Made by a program: the position numbers and the translations under genes. A stretch of DNA of 57,277 nt from Octopus bimaculoides (taxonomy: Eukaryota): NCBI RefSeq assembly GCF_001194135.2, contig NC_068981.1, positions 65,440,727 through 65,498,003 on the forward strand, written 5' to 3'. Every line of letters begins with the position of its first letter. The stretch's first letter is position 1. This document shows positions 25,945 through 40,651 of the stretch, one piece after another. The notes under the pieces were generated by a model. It was not told the DNA's origin. It saw only the letters and a list, made by a program, of their open reading frames with translations, and ran no database searches.

Positions 25945-28528
25945 TGACCCAAACTTTAGGAATTTAATTTAAAGGGGATAAACCAAAGTGAAAAAAATAG
26001 CAGTAGGAAACCTTGGTATGTAAGAAAATAATCTCAAGATATGATGTGTTGTTAATTTTATCAAATAGTTGTAGGAAAAAACTACTGCTGCTGTTGCTGC
26101 CACCACTGCTGCTGTTGCTACTACTACTACTACTAACAACAACACCAATAATAATGATATAACTGCATTAACACAACTGGGTAGGATATAGTTGATTGAA
26201 TTATCTCCAATACTTGTCTAGAATATATTCTCTTAGCCCCAGAGCAATGACAGATAAAGTCAATCTCAGCAGGAGTTGGACTCAGATGATAAAAACATAT
26301 ACTTAAGTGTCTCAAGACATTTAATCAGGCTCTCTACAATTTCTGCAGCTCACTACTCTGATAGTAATGATTTCTTTATTTGCTACAAAGGGGAATTAAT
26401 TAGGGGTCATTAGAATGGAAAATTACAAAAATGGTAGAGAAGGAAGGTCTACATGGAATCGAGTATGAAAAGAAATAGTACAAAAGAAAAGAATATGAAA
26501 AGAAACTTCATAATAGAGGGGTCAAACTAGGGACCCCTATTTGGGATCAAACTAGGAACCTCACAAATCCTGGATTACTCTTGCTACTAAGAGCAAGTAC
26601 TCTGTCCCAGTTGAACTTGGACTTGCTCACACATAATGAAAGTAGACCTGTTCACCTTGGTTAATCTTGCTACTTTCACCCACCTGTCTGGATGCTAAAC
26701 AAGTGCAGGTAGAACAGTTTCATTAGTCAGACAGACCAGGTTGATGATACTTCTAAAGCTCATTAGGTTTATTCTGAACCAGCAATGTTCTCCTGATACT
26801 GCTAAGCCAAGAATGTCTGGAAGTTGTCTGCCATCCCCAGTTTAAAGTCTTCTGGTGCAAACTTTCCATTTATCTTTATCTTTATCGTTGACCACTGGGT
26901 GCATTGCCTGATTGCCTGACAACACTGCAAACGCCAGACACCCACTTTTTGTCTGTTTTTGATTCAGGACTGCATGAAAAAAAAGCACCTGACAAAGACT
27001 GCCCACACCAGCAGCTTCAGCACATCAACAGCTACAGCACATTGAGCTGTCTGTGCTGGTTAGCAGTAGACTGACTTTCTGACCTGTGGAATATGAACTT
27101 ACAACAAGAAACAAAAGCAGGTGATTCAAAATAATAATATTAATTATGATTTCTTACACTGGCTCAAGGTCCAAAATTTATAGCATAAAAATACAGTAAA
27201 TTTAGTCAACTTCAATAGGATATGAACTTCACTAATAATAATAATGATTTACAAAATCGGCACAATGCCATAAATTTTGGTAGCACAGCTTCACCACTTC
27301 ACAGTTTCTTATTTTATCATCCCTCCCCTCCCCAAAATAAGATGAAAGGCAAAGTTCACAATTCACATAACTAATGTAAAGCATTTTGCCTGATGCTCTG
27401 CTGATTTTACCTCTTATATCTTGCTATTACTATAGCATTAGTAATAATTTCTAATGTTGGCATGAAACCAAAGTGTTACAGAGAAGTTGATTGACTCAAC
27501 CTTAGTCCTTAACTGGTATTTCATTTTATTGTCCCTGGAGTGATAAAAGGTAAAGTTGACCACTGTGGGATTTGAACTCTGAATGTAATGATAATAATTT
27601 CTAACATCTTTTTAAAATAATATAATTTCAAATAAGGATTTCTAAGTGTACCAAATTGCTCTGTCTTTGAAGCTGACTCATATATTATCTTACTGTTAAC
27701 TTGTGACACAATGAAAAAAAAGTTGTGAGTAACCACTTAGGAGTGTCCTTGTTAGGAATAGACCAAAGAAGACTTGAAAATGGGGTCTGTGAAGTCAGAT
27801 TTATGTACATTGAACATCACAAACCAGATAATGTGGGATTGAGTCAAATAAGAGATATATGTATGATGATGTCAGCATGTAGCTGTGATGATAGTGATCA
27901 TCATCATGAATTCATTAATATTAATGATGATGATACTGAATAATATTATTGATAATGATGATGATGATGTTCATCATAATTGTTAATATTAACATTAATA
28001 AAATGTCTCAAGCATTACTGGAAATATTGTAAAGAAAGTAGTTTGGGTGTGGCTCTGAAAATAACTATTTCACAGCAGGTATGCATGCCATGCTGATCAA
28101 TAATTCTACTTGGTTAATTTCCTTCTCCTTTGTTTCAAGTTCAAGTCTCACTACTGTTGACTTTGTCATTCATCACCCTACAGAGATGAGGATCGGGCTG
28201 GGCGGTAGCGGTGGGATGGATGGGGCAATAAACTAAATAGCAATGATATATTGGTTGATTCACTTTACTGTCTTTCTCCCTTACAAACATTGTTGCAGTG
28301 CCTAATCAAAAGAAATCAATATTTCTGCTTGTCTTAAGGCTGGTGGAAATAGCTGAGACAGTAGAGTGTTGGCCTGTATAAAATTTAGTGTAACTGAATT
28401 GATTATCTCAATATCTGACATTCAATGTCACTGGGGTTGACTTTGCCTTTCACCTCTCTGGTCGTGATAAATTATATATCACTTATGTAGTGTGTCGGAG
28501 AGCTATTTGATAAAAAAATGCCTATCCG

Positions 28529-28564
<36 letters not shown>

Positions 28565-29653
28565 TTTAAAAATTGGCCTTGAGCCTATTCAACAGAAATC
28601 AATAATTCTACTCAGCTTAAAATATTCCACCTCACTCCCAAAATAATAATAATGATGATGATGATGATGATGATAATGATTATAATTGTTCACTTAGGAA
28701 AGAAGCTTCAGGTTCTGTTTGTGATTGTAAGTTCGGAAAGCATTATATTACTGAAGCAGCAGTGTCTGTGATAATTTTACAGGTATGTTCTGAACTAGCA
28801 CTCTTAAGCATAATCCCTAGAGACAGCCTGCTTCTCACCAACCCGCTCACTATTATTCCTCAACTGCTGCTGCTACAAACTGCCACTGCATGCTATTTAC
28901 AACTTCAACCCTCCTCTCTCGCTGACAAACTCCAACCCCCCCCCTACTTCCACTTCTGTCTTTCAATTCCTTAGACAAAGTTTATTGTAGTAGTAGCAGC
29001 AGCAGCAGTAGTTCCTGCTGCTGGCTGCTATTGTATTGTACTTGTGACCAACAATATAAAGGTGTGCAATGCTTCCATTTCACCCACCACCAACACTATC
29101 ACCACCAATGTTTTCACTCCTCAAAATCTTCTCATTACTGTCATGATGTTTATTGTTGTGGAAGGAATATTGCCTACACCACATCCTGACTAACCCTCAC
29201 CCTCACTGTTTATATAATTTCTCTATGTATTTTTCAGTTCTTTCCCTCCCACTTGCTATACATATCTTTTTTTTTTTTCTGTCAAATCTTCCATTTCATA
29301 TTGATCAATTCATCTTCATTTTTATTGCCTTTCTTTTTTGTCTCTCTCTCTCTTTCCCCAACATTTATATTTTCAAAATCTCATTTCTATAATCTCACTT
29401 TCTCCCACCCTGTTCCTCATTCATCTCAACCACATGTGAATACTAATCTGTATGGGAAATTTTCAATCACTAACCAATGCATTGCATTGTGTCATTTTCT
29501 CTTAGATCAATTTTTTTTTTTGCCAGACATGGACTCAGGAAGAGCTATATGTTTAAGAAGTTTGCTTTGCAATTTGGGCAAATGTCTGCTACTTTTGTCT
29601 CAAGTTGACCACTGTCTTGTGATTGTAATTGGGTTTAAAAAAAAACTACAGAA

Positions 29654-29687
<34 letters not shown>

Positions 29688-29692
29688 TGTGA

Positions 29693-29734
<42 letters not shown>

Positions 29735-30884
29735 CAGCATTGTATGTTAGTGAAAGATGTAAGCTGACATGAAAACTCATAAATTGCTTTCAGAGGGAAA
29801 CCTCTTGTGTGATATTTGTTCTGCCCAAGTTGTGCAGATAATCCCTTGTGACTCTTATAAATGCAGTGAACCAGTGATTGGTTTGCTGGAATCTATAACC
29901 ACTGATGCTAGTATTTACAAAATATGCTATAAATAAATAAAAATAGGTCTTCTAAGGCTGTTGTTGTTATTAGTATTTTTTTAGTGAAAAACAACTGCTA
30001 ACAAATAAACTTTATCTCAGTAGTACATGGCTAATCTATGATAACACTATAACACAATTCAGGATTTTACCGTGATCCTGGTAAAATCACAAGTTGCTCT
30101 TTGGCTGACAGCCCCTCTCCCTTGTGAAAGGGCAACTTGTGATTTTGTCTGGGACCACTTATTGAGTATTCGTAGCTAGCCTATATATCTACAGGTCATT
30201 CCCTTTTCTGCAAACTGGGGACCTGATGGATGGGTGCTACCATCACTACACTGAGAATCTCAGCTGTGTACCCTACTCAAAAACTAAACATATGAGCTAG
30301 TGGTAAGGTTTCTACACCATTTCTGAACCTACAAGAAATAGCAGCCAAATCTCTCATGAACAAACTTTTGTGCCTGAGGGTTTATATTTCCATTTTGATC
30401 AAATTACTGTTTTGAGGGAGATATAATTGCTATTTCTAGCACTTCGTGGCTTCTTGTACATGGTCCCTCATTGGCTCAAGTTCCTTCATTGGATTAAGCT
30501 CCCTTGACCCAAACCAACAGTATCTAAGTCATAATTGTTGTATTGGTTGTTATTGTTGCTGTTTAGCCACAGGTAAGTTCTTATTGAGCTGGCCCATGAG
30601 GAAAGGCATGATTTCAACCATGACCATCCCATTTTTTTCATTGATACATTACACCCAGAATTACAATATTCAATGGGTCTTTCTTTGCAGATAGGGTGTA
30701 ATTTGAGGAGGGAAATTTGGCTCTAATTTCTAGTAGATGATTATTGTAAGTAGTAATAATACTATGGCATTGAGAAGTGTTGTGTGGATTATGACACCAA
30801 TTTTCAGGAAAAGTTACCTGTGGTAGACCAGTGTCCTATTTAAGGGCCTGTTTACCTCCCATCTTTCATTAATGCTATAGAAAC

Positions 30885-31260
30885 ATAGGCACATGCATGG
30901 CTGTGTGGTTCAGATTGCTTGGTCGTGGTTCAGTCCCACTGCACAACACCTTAGGTAAGTGTCTTCTACAGACTCAAGCCAGTAAAACCTTATAAGTGTA
31001 TTTAGTAAACTGAAAGAAATTTGTGTGTGTGTGTAGGTTGGTAGATATGTGTGTTTGTCCTGTACTACTTCTTGAAACCTAATGTTGGTTTGTTTACAGC
31101 CATGTAACTTAGCAATCCAGCAAAAGAGGCCACTTGAATAAGTACCAGACTTATAAAAATAAAGTACTGTGGTCGATTGGTTTTACAAAATGCTTCATGG
31201 CAATGCCCCTGTATGGCCACAGTTTAATGACTGACATGTGATAAAACGTAAAAGATAAAA
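30885..31260 (+). mobile_element. SINE family B
   Basis: TGGCTGTGTGGTT (box A), GGTTCAGTCCC (box B), CCTTAGGTAAGTGTCTTCTAC, internal (TG)n, tail ATGGCCACAGTTTAATGACTGA. Confidence 0.75.
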
Positions 31261-31456
31261 CTAGAGATTAGATGCCATCACAATGGATTAGAAAAGGAGA
31301 AAAATCAAATTGCTGATGATCATTTCATTTACATTGAAACTTCCATATATATATATATATATATATTTATTTATTTATGAGGGTAGAAATTGATATTAAT
31401 CAATTTGAGCATATAGGAGTCTACTTTTGCTGGTCATCCCTCTTATTTTTGTATGT

Positions 31457-31491
<35 letters not shown>

Positions 31492-32624
31492 CTCATTTAT
31501 TTGTTCATATATCCTATGACCCTCACACTCCATGGTGTTGACTCCAAAAGATAGCAAATAGCACACAGTGAACCATTTGTTCGATATTCATTAAAGGCGG
31601 ATGATCCATGAGTGTGTTTGTATCACGTCTGTCTCTTCCTCTTGTATGTGTGTGCATATATATCTGCATATATGTGTGTGCGTGTGATTAGGTGTGCATG
31701 TTTGTGTTGCATCTGGTGAAGGGAGATTACAGAAGTGAGAAAACAGCAAAATGTAAAGGTTAGCCTGTAATGCTGGTATCTGATGGAATTTCGGAAATTC
31801 ATTTACATGAATAAAAGTTCTTCCTTGCCCTTTTCACTTTGTTTTGCTTTATATATTGATTGAGAGGAAATTGGTTTAGGTAAATACATGTGTATATACA
31901 TACATAAATGTATGTGTGTGTATGTGCCCATTCACGCACACATATATAGAGACAAACACACATATATGCATGCATGCACACATACAAAACTGCCTGGTTT
32001 GTTAAAGGTACTGTATAGTAAGTGCAGTGGGGTTAGAAAGCATTCAGTCTATTGCTGTTTGCAAACAAAATGGTGATTTGTTCAATAAACTACCATACAA
32101 AGGCTTTTAGTTAAGCTCCATTGATCTGAAATATTTTCAAAGCCATTAGAAACATCATCTGGTATCCCAGTTAACCTTCAAACCTCAGCATTTTTGTTGT
32201 CCTTGATGGGGGTGGCAAGTAGGTGTAGTAGCAGAGACAACCAGGATAATGATAATGAAATAGCAGCTGATATATTGGTCATTTTACAGGCTTTTCTCTA
32301 CTATTAGTATCTCTTTATGATATGAGTAGTACTTAAGGCTGGTTGGTTGTGCTTTGGATTGAGTTGTTGTTCAGATCTCAATAAGCAGACATGTGATCAA
32401 AAGTGTTCCTGCCATGATTATTTCCTGTGGTTTTGTGTTTTTATGTTTCAGATAGCAGGACATAATATGATGGAAATTTTGACTGCTATTTCTAGTGGAT
32501 CAGGCAACCTCATATAAAAAAATGATTAAAACTCAGAACAAGATGCCTGAGGTTTTTTAGTAAATATATATTGTCACTGTAACCAAATTATAATACAGTT
32601 AAATTATAGCATTAAAAACACACA

Positions 32625-32693
<69 letters not shown>

Positions 32694-33594
32694 NNNNNNN
32701 NNNNNNNNNNNNNNNNNNNNNNNNNNNNNNNNNNNNNNNNNNNNNNNNNNNNNNNNNNNNNNNNNNNNNNNNNNNNNNNNNNNNNNNNNNNNNNNNNNNN
32801 NNNNNNNNNNNNNNNNNNNNNNNNNNNNNNNNNNNNNNNNNNNNNNNNNNNNNNNNNNNNNNNNNNNNNNNNNNNNNNNNNNNNNNNNNNNNNNNNNNNN
32901 NNNNNNNNNNNNNNNNNNNNNNNNNNNNNNNNNNNNNNNNNNNNNNNNNNNNNNNNNNNNNNNNNNNNNNNNNNNNNNNNNNNNNNNNNNNNNNNNNNNN
33001 NNNNNNNNNNNNNNNNNNNNNNNNNNNNNNNNNNNNNNNNNNNNNNNNNNNNNNNNNNNNNNNNNNNNNNNNNNNNNNNNNNNNNNNNNNNNNNNNNNNN
33101 NNNNNNNNNNNNNNNNNNNNNNNNNNNNNNNNNNNNNNNNNNNNNNNNNNNNNNNNNNNNNNNNNNNNNNNNNNNNNNNNNNNNNNNNNNNNNNNNNNNN
33201 NNNNNNNNNNNNNNNNNNNNNNNNNNNNNNNNNNNNNNNNNNNNNNNNNNNNNNNNNNNNNNNNNNNNNNNNNNNNNNNNNNNNNNNNNNNNNNNNNNNN
33301 NNNNNNNNNNNNNNNNNNNNNNNNNNNNNNNNNNNNNNNNNNNNNNNNNNNNNNNNNNNNNNNNNNNNNNNNNNNNNNNNNNNNNNNNNNNNNNNNNNNN
33401 NNNNNNNNNNNNNNNNNNNNNNNNNNNNNNNNNNNNNNNNNNNNNNNNNNNNNNNNNNNNNNNNNNNNNNNNNNNNNNNNNNNNNNNNNNNNNNNNNNNN
33501 NNNNNNNNNNNNNNNNNNNNNNNNNNNNNNNNNNNNNNNNNNNNNNNNNNNNNNNNNNNNNNNNNNNNNNNNNNNNNNNNNNNNNNNNNNNNNN
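32694..33594. other. Assembly gap (N) flanked by (CT)n and (TA)n
   Basis: N run. Confidence 0.97.
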
Positions 33595-33648
33595 TATATA
33601 TATATGTGTATATATATATATATATATATGTGTATATATATATATATA

Positions 33649-33679
<31 letters not shown>

Positions 33680-33719
33680 GTGTATGTGTATGTATAATGG
33701 TCATGTTTGTTGGCATTCA

Positions 33720-34104
33720 TTATCTTTTAATTGTTGCAGTCATTAGATTGCAGCCATGCTGGGGCACCACCTTGAAGAACTTTTAATCGAATGAATCAAC
33801 CCCAGTATTTTTTTTTTTAAAGCATGGTATTTATTTTACCAATCTTTTGCTGAACTGCTAAGTTATGAGGACATAAACACAACATAAGCATGGTTGGGGG
33901 ACAAACAGTCTCACACACATGCACGTATACACACACACATACAATAGACTTCTTTTAGTTTCTGTCTCCCAAATCCTCTCACAAGGCTTTGGTCAGCTAG
34001 AGGCTATAGTGAAAGATATTAGCCCAAGGTGTCACACAGTGGGACTGAACCCAGAACCATGTGGCTGGAAAGCAAACTTCTTACTACATAGTCATGCCTG
34101 TGCC
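33720..34104 (-). mobile_element. SINE family B
   Basis: Same head, body and tail as 8472-8842. Confidence 0.8.
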
Positions 34105-35054
34105 AGTATTTTTGAAATCAAGCAGAATGAAAAACCTCATACTTCATGAACAGGTTAGGGTTAGCAACAGATACTTCAATAATGTTTTCCGCTAACCCAT
34201 GCTAGCTTGGAAAAACAGATGTGAAAATGAACAAACAAATGCTCACAGTCAATACTTGGCTGTATTTGACTTCCAGAGAGCTGTACTTTTCAGTTTGTCC
34301 ATTGTGTGGATGGACTACAGACTTCACAAAAGCAGTTTATTAAAGAATTAATAAACAAACATATATCATTAAACCAGAACAAACAGGAATTATATAGATA
34401 AGATCAATAGATGTTCATAAATGTAACACTGTGAAGGAAAAGAAGTTGAAACAGAAGTTTTATATATTAAGTTTGAATGTATTTGTGTCAAAAGACAAAC
34501 TGAGAAAAAGACAAAATAATGTAATGTTGAGTGGAAATGTCAAAGAGATTTCATGCATCAAAATGCAGACTAAAGTGAATTTATATCTCAAGAAATTATA
34601 ATATAATGACTAATATGAATTTAAAAATATAAAGAAACTTATCATTATAATTTAAATAGTTTTTCTGCTTTGAAATAAGTAGCCTAGTGAAGATAAAAAG
34701 TTAAAAAACAGAAAATTAACATATCTTATTACAAAAAAAAAAAAAAAAAAAATTGAGATGAACTGATATCACAAAAAACGTACATGACTAAGTAAAATTA
34801 CATTGTGTAAATCAGTTAGTGACAACGTTTTCAACTATATATATATATATATATATAACTTCAGCTTTTATATACAATTTTGATGGCTTAGCCAGACAAA
34901 GGACAGCATCAATGACAATTTGATGGACCTCTGAAACTGGTTTGGGAAAGAGAAGTGGAGAAGAAACTACAGCTCATGGGTTGCTACAGTAAGAAGCTGG
35001 AGATCAGCTTATTCTCAAATCTGATCTGACTTCCTGCAATAGTGTGGCCTCCAC

Positions 35055-35250
35055 TAACAAAATTCTTTTCTACTCTAGGCACACGGCCTGAAATTTTGCG
35101 GGAGGGGGCCAGCCAGTTAGATTGACTCCAGTACGCAACTGGTACTTAACTTATCGACCCCCGAAAGGATGAAAGGCAAAGTTGACCTCGGAAGAATTTG
35201 AACTCAGACTGTAAAGATAGATGAAATACTGCTAAGCATTTCATCCTGGT
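35055..35250 (-). mobile_element. SINE family A
   Basis: Plus strand CTGGTACTT...ATCGACCCCCGAAAGGATGAAAGGCAAAGTTGACC...AATTTGAACTC is the reverse complement of the family A core. Confidence 0.85.
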
Positions 35251-37220
35251 TCTGTATAAGCATTCTGTTATCAAGTTATCTAAGTTAAGACCTTCCATCA
35301 AAATTCTTTACTAATTTATGTTCCAAACACCAGCTAAAAAAATTATTTTACTAAATTCTTCATCATTTTCAAAATTAATTGAAACAAAGGCAGTGTATTT
35401 CAGCTGAAATATGGTACTACAGAGTTAAACTGGACATTGGTTAAAGTCGGCCACCCAACTTCATGCCTTAAAGCAAATTAATTTACACAACCATGATTTT
35501 GTATTAAAATGCTTAAAGTTTTTTTTTTTTAAAAGTGAAATTTTATGTCCATAGCCAGAGGACATTTAAAGAGAGTCAGTTACAGCAGTGGGAATTTCAC
35601 TAATGTGTAGTAGAAGATTCTGTCTGTCTGTCTGACTTTCTCTCACACACACACACACACACACAATCACTTCTGTCCATTACATCTTGAACACTTTTAT
35701 TCCCAGTTCTCCCTTCCACAGTTTTACTACAGTCATTCTGTTTCCCCTCCCCATACTCTAGCGTTTTCCTCTCACTTATTTTAGTTTATCTTTTGTAATT
35801 GCCCTGTCTTTTACACTCTCTCCAGCTGGTTTCATTGCCCAAAATGAACAAAGATAACTTAAGAGTAGTTGAGGTCCCTCTTATCATACACTGGCTACTT
35901 CAGCCCTCACTCTTGTCTTGTCAATGACATAACTTTGATGCTAGTTCCCAGTACACTCTCTAAAGTGGTTGGGGATAGGAATGGCATCCTGTTATAAAAC
36001 CATGCCAAAATAGAATTATATGACCAAGACATGGTTCCCCATTCGATCTAGGATGCATCTCAGACTAGGGTACATCCAGCACATCTAGCATATAAAATGA
36101 TGTTGACAGGGAAATGCATGTGTGCTTGCATATAAATGCAAAGATATTTTGAATGATTCAGTAACAAACACAAACTAGCTAACTAATACTACGGTAAGTT
36201 TATCAATCTGTTCACTGTAAATAACAATATTTTTATCTGTAAACCAGGATGACTTGCATAAATGTTCATTTTGGTTGACTGTAGAAACAACAAAAAAATA
36301 TTAACTTTGCAGAAGTAGCATATCAATATTTATGGTTTTTTTCTTAAAATATTTTATTTTTGTAGTTTTGATACATTCTCAGTAACAATTCAATTTAAAT
36401 TTTTAACTGATAACATTTAATTCAGTTTCCCTTACATTTGCACCAAAGTTTTACATATATCTTCTTTTCTGTTTTCTCTCTTTCTCTTTTCTTTGTTTCT
36501 GTCTTCGATATTTGAGCTATGAATTCCAATGTAACTCTTTTGCAACTTTAATATCCTACAATGGGTGTATAAGCTGAGTTTTTATCACTGGCATAGAAAT
36601 CGCATTTTTAGGTGATACAAGTTATCACTGTATGGTATTAGAGAAAAATAAATAAATTTAATCTCTTACCTAAATATTTCTGTTTATGCCTTCTTTACTC
36701 CATTTATTATCTAACCTTTCTACTATAAAATGGAATAATAAGCTTTATCTGAAAATAGTCCACTAAGTCTCAATTCTGTAGATATACTTTCCTATTTTCC
36801 AGTAACTGATATGTTCAGTCACTTGAAAAGAAGGCAAACAAAATTTATTTTAAAATCTTTCTAAGCTTAAATTTTAACTTTAAACCTCTCAGATATATTA
36901 ATCAGTGATTAATTTTGAAATGATAATTTATATATAGAAGTAAGAAATTCATATTTGGGCAATAATTATACTTTTATTGTCAAATTTCTCCTTCAAACCA
37001 CACTTTAAAAAAAGACACAATAGATAATGGGATCCTCAATATAGTTGGGTGAAAAACAAAAGACAAAAAGTAGACTGTACACCGCTAGAAAGCTCTTGAT
37101 CATAGATTTGCTTAATCAGGTATGAATTAATCAGGGTTAAATAATTGTGTGTGTAGATATATACACATACACACATAAATACATAATACATACACATATA
37201 TATGTACACACACACACATG

Positions 37221-37453
37221 CGGCGGCGAGCTGGCAGAAACGTTAGAACGCCGGGCGAAATGCTTAGCAGTATTTCGTCTGCCACTACGTTCTGAGTTCA
37301 AATTCCGCCGAGGTTGACTTTGCCTTTCATCCTTTCGGGGTCGATTAAATAAGTACCAGTTACGCACTGGTGTCGGTATAATCGACTTAATCCGTTTGTC
37401 TGTCCTTGTTTGTCCCCCTCTGTGTGTAGCCCCTTGTGGGTAGTAAAGAAATA
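37221..37453 (+). mobile_element. Young full-length SINE family A with intact Pol III boxes
   Basis: GGCGGCGAGCTGGCAGAAACGTTAG (box A), GAGTTCAAATTC (box B), many CpGs retained; possible ACACATG TSD at 37214-37220 and 37454-37460. Confidence 0.92.
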
Positions 37454-38200
37454 ACACATGCACACACACATGCATGCATGCATACATACATACATGCATA
37501 CATGCATGCATACATACATGCATACATACATACAAACAAAGAGAGAGTGGTTAAGACTTTTCTGTCTTCACACTCTCCATTGAGAGCCAATAGAGTTGTT
37601 AAATATTTTATGTGAGAAGTTAAAGACTGGGTATATGAACCCTTTAATGAGAAGAAAAGGCAGGTCTTAACATGTTGATGCATCTTTCAAATTTATTGTT
37701 CTACATAGATCTTGAAAATGTAACAAAAACTATTAAATATAAAAGTTAAAAAATCTGAGCATTGCCTTATTTGTCAGTAACACATTCATAGTGTGTGAGT
37801 GTATATACAAATCCATATACACATACATATATAGGTATACATGTTTTCCCTGCAAATGAACACCAACCTCTCTTAGATATCATCAGCTCTGGGTGTGCCA
37901 GAGCTTTGTTGGTCTTAAAAACTCTCCTTCTTAAACTAATAAAAATCACACACACACACACACCCCACACAGAGAACTTGTCTGTGTTTACCAAGTATTA
38001 CTGATATCTAAATGTCCATATATTTTTTTACATCATATATATCTAGTAAACCTAAAAAAACTACTTGTTCTGCATTTTAAGTATGGTAGCTTGAGTTTAT
38101 CTTCAATATGTAGCATATGAAATGTGTGTGTGTGTGTGTGTGTGTGTGGAGAGAGAGAGCTAGTAACTCATCCCATCATAAATGGTTCACTATCTGCCTT

Positions 38201-38238
<38 letters not shown>

Positions 38239-40064
38239 CACATGTACACTGATCACACACTAGAATACACCAATCACTCCTTTGCCATGATATATATAGT
38301 TGAAAATAACACAAATCTGGCTTCATTTGTATGTTAAAGATTATCTCAAATATCTGGATGAGATAGTTTATCTGTAGAATATGCTTCTTGTCTCACAGTA
38401 AAGTGATAAAACTCTATTTCTCTGTAATCTCTAAAACTTTTCACCTCAGCTTGTCACTTGTAATTCTTCACTTAAGATATAGTAAATTCCACCAAATCAT
38501 CTGCTTTGCTTTCTGAGAAAGTATTTTTCTGAAAATTATGACAAATTGAAGAAATAAATTCAAAAGATATTTTGGCGAAAGCTATGTTTTTATAACTTAC
38601 TTCTTTTTTATTGTTGTTTTGTTTTAGCTACTAAATGCTAAAATATACCATAATGATAAGACTGCTATAGTTTATGGATTTCAAATCATTTGTGACTATA
38701 TTGTTTATTTGTTTGTAAATTCTCTGAAATTTGGGCAAAGTGTCTATTTTTAGAGAACTGAATTTACAAAAAGCAAAAAAATGCTTTTTAATAATTTTTT
38801 CATTCTGTCTTGGTTCTAAAATTATGAGCTTAAAATCTGTGTTGCAGTAAATCTCATAAATAACAGATTTGTTTCAAAAAAATTTTTTCATGTCAAATTC
38901 ATTCAGTCTTCTGGAGAAAGACATGAACTCAGCATTTTATAGAGTACCACCAAAGCTTAAGACATCATGAATTTCAAGCTAACGAAGGAGCTTCTATGTT
39001 GTCACTCATCCTGTTAGAAATAGCAGCCAAATCTCTCTCAAATTGTACTCTGTCATCTTAGAAAAGGACATAACAGATATTGTGGTTCTAGATTTTCTGC
39101 ATATAAGGAAAATACAAGCTGGCTATGACTGGAGAGTGAGAGCTAAGCATGCATCACATGTATTAAATACTCTTGGGAAGGCATGAATGTCATGACTTCT
39201 AAATTTTACATTTTATATATCAGTATAGTAAATAGTTGAATGTTAAATAAAATAGAAGTTCGAGCTTAATGCAGAGAAAATTACTGTTTAGCTCCATCTC
39301 TTTTCAGTTTTCAAACCCTTGCAGAGTCTTGCATTTCTCTTGGAAAAGGAAAACCATATTCATTGCATGCCAGCAAAGAGAATTCAATTCAAATTTATGA
39401 CCAATTAGTGTGGTGCTTTATCACCTGGTATGACTAATGTCTGATCATAGTAGCTGATATGGCAATAGATATACTGCCACCAACAGTACTACAGTGGCCA
39501 TTTTAACTGCCAACAGCTCATCAGTGACACAGAGCTCAAACTGTAACAGATGCTCTTTGCAGCCAAGAGGTTTTGTAGTCAAAAGGTCCAGTAACTTGAG
39601 CCTGTAGTCAGCAATATATTAGTTTACAGTTTATTTTCTTCGAAAGTGTGTGTTAGTGTCATAAAAATCATGTATTTTGTACATTTTTATACGCAGGCAC
39701 TTACTTGAGAATCATTTACTCATCCATGCATTTATTGTATAAATACATACATGAATGTATTTTTGTGCATTTCTACATTCTCACTTGTATAACCAAACTC
39801 ACAAATGTATATACACTTCAACAACGCTTTTTTTTTAAATGCTGCATTAATTTGTTTTCAGTAACGTTTCACCACATTTCATGTAACATTCGTTGGTGCT
39901 GCATTGAAACCCTTTATATACATAACAATAACTCTGTCTTGTCAATCAGATTTGCTGCAGTCTTATAAGCAAATAGCAAATATATTTTTCTCATTCTAAC
40001 AAAGTAGCAAAAAAAAATCTTTTTTATTCTACATTTTATCTTTTGCACTGTATATCTCTTTTAC

Positions 40065-40263
40065 TCTTTTACTTGTTTCAGTCATTTGACTGCGGCCATG
40101 CTGGAGCATCGCCTTTAGTTGAGCAAGTCGACTCCAGGACTTATTCTTTGCAAGCCTAGTACTTACTCTGTCGGTCTCTTTTGCCAAACCGCTAAGTTAC
40201 GGGGATGTAAACCCACCAGCATCAGTTGTCAAGCGATGTTGGGGGGACAAACACAGACACACA

Positions 40264-40299
<36 letters not shown>

Positions 40300-40415
40300 N
40301 NNNNNNNNNNNNNNNNNNNNNNNNNNNNNNNNNNNNNNNNNNNNNNNNNNNNNNNNNNNNNNNNNNNNNNNNNNNNNNNNNNNNNNNNNNNNNNNNNNNN
40401 NNNNNNNNNNNNNNN

Positions 40416-40453
<38 letters not shown>

Positions 40454-40620
40454 ATATATACGACGGCCTTCTTTCAGCTTCCGTCTACCAAATCCACTCA
40501 CAAGGCTTTGGTCGGCTCGAGGCTATAGTCGACACTTGACCAAGGTGCCACGCATTGGGACAGAATCCAGAACCATGTGGTTGGTAAGCAAGCTACTTAC
40601 CACACACCCATTCCTGCACC
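40065..40620 (-). mobile_element. Full-length SINE family B; N-gap (40300-40415) lies in its internal microsatellite
   Basis: Head AGGTGCAGGAATGGGTGTGTGGTAAG..., tail GATGCTCCAGCATGGCCGCAGTCAAATGACTGAAACAAGT. Confidence 0.88.

Positions 40621-40651
<31 letters not shown>

Noticed and set aside
30432-30571. Plus-strand exon ending CACAG|GTAAGT with a Cys-rich ORF
   Set aside because: The donor and (TTG)n Cys codons lie in the end of an interspersed repeat also seen at ~47040 and, reversed, at ~52130-52290.
39490-39530. Minus-strand CTGATGA-GCTG-TTGG-CAGT as a hammerhead
   Set aside because: Followed by TAAAA rather than GAAA, and no stem I or stem III partner.
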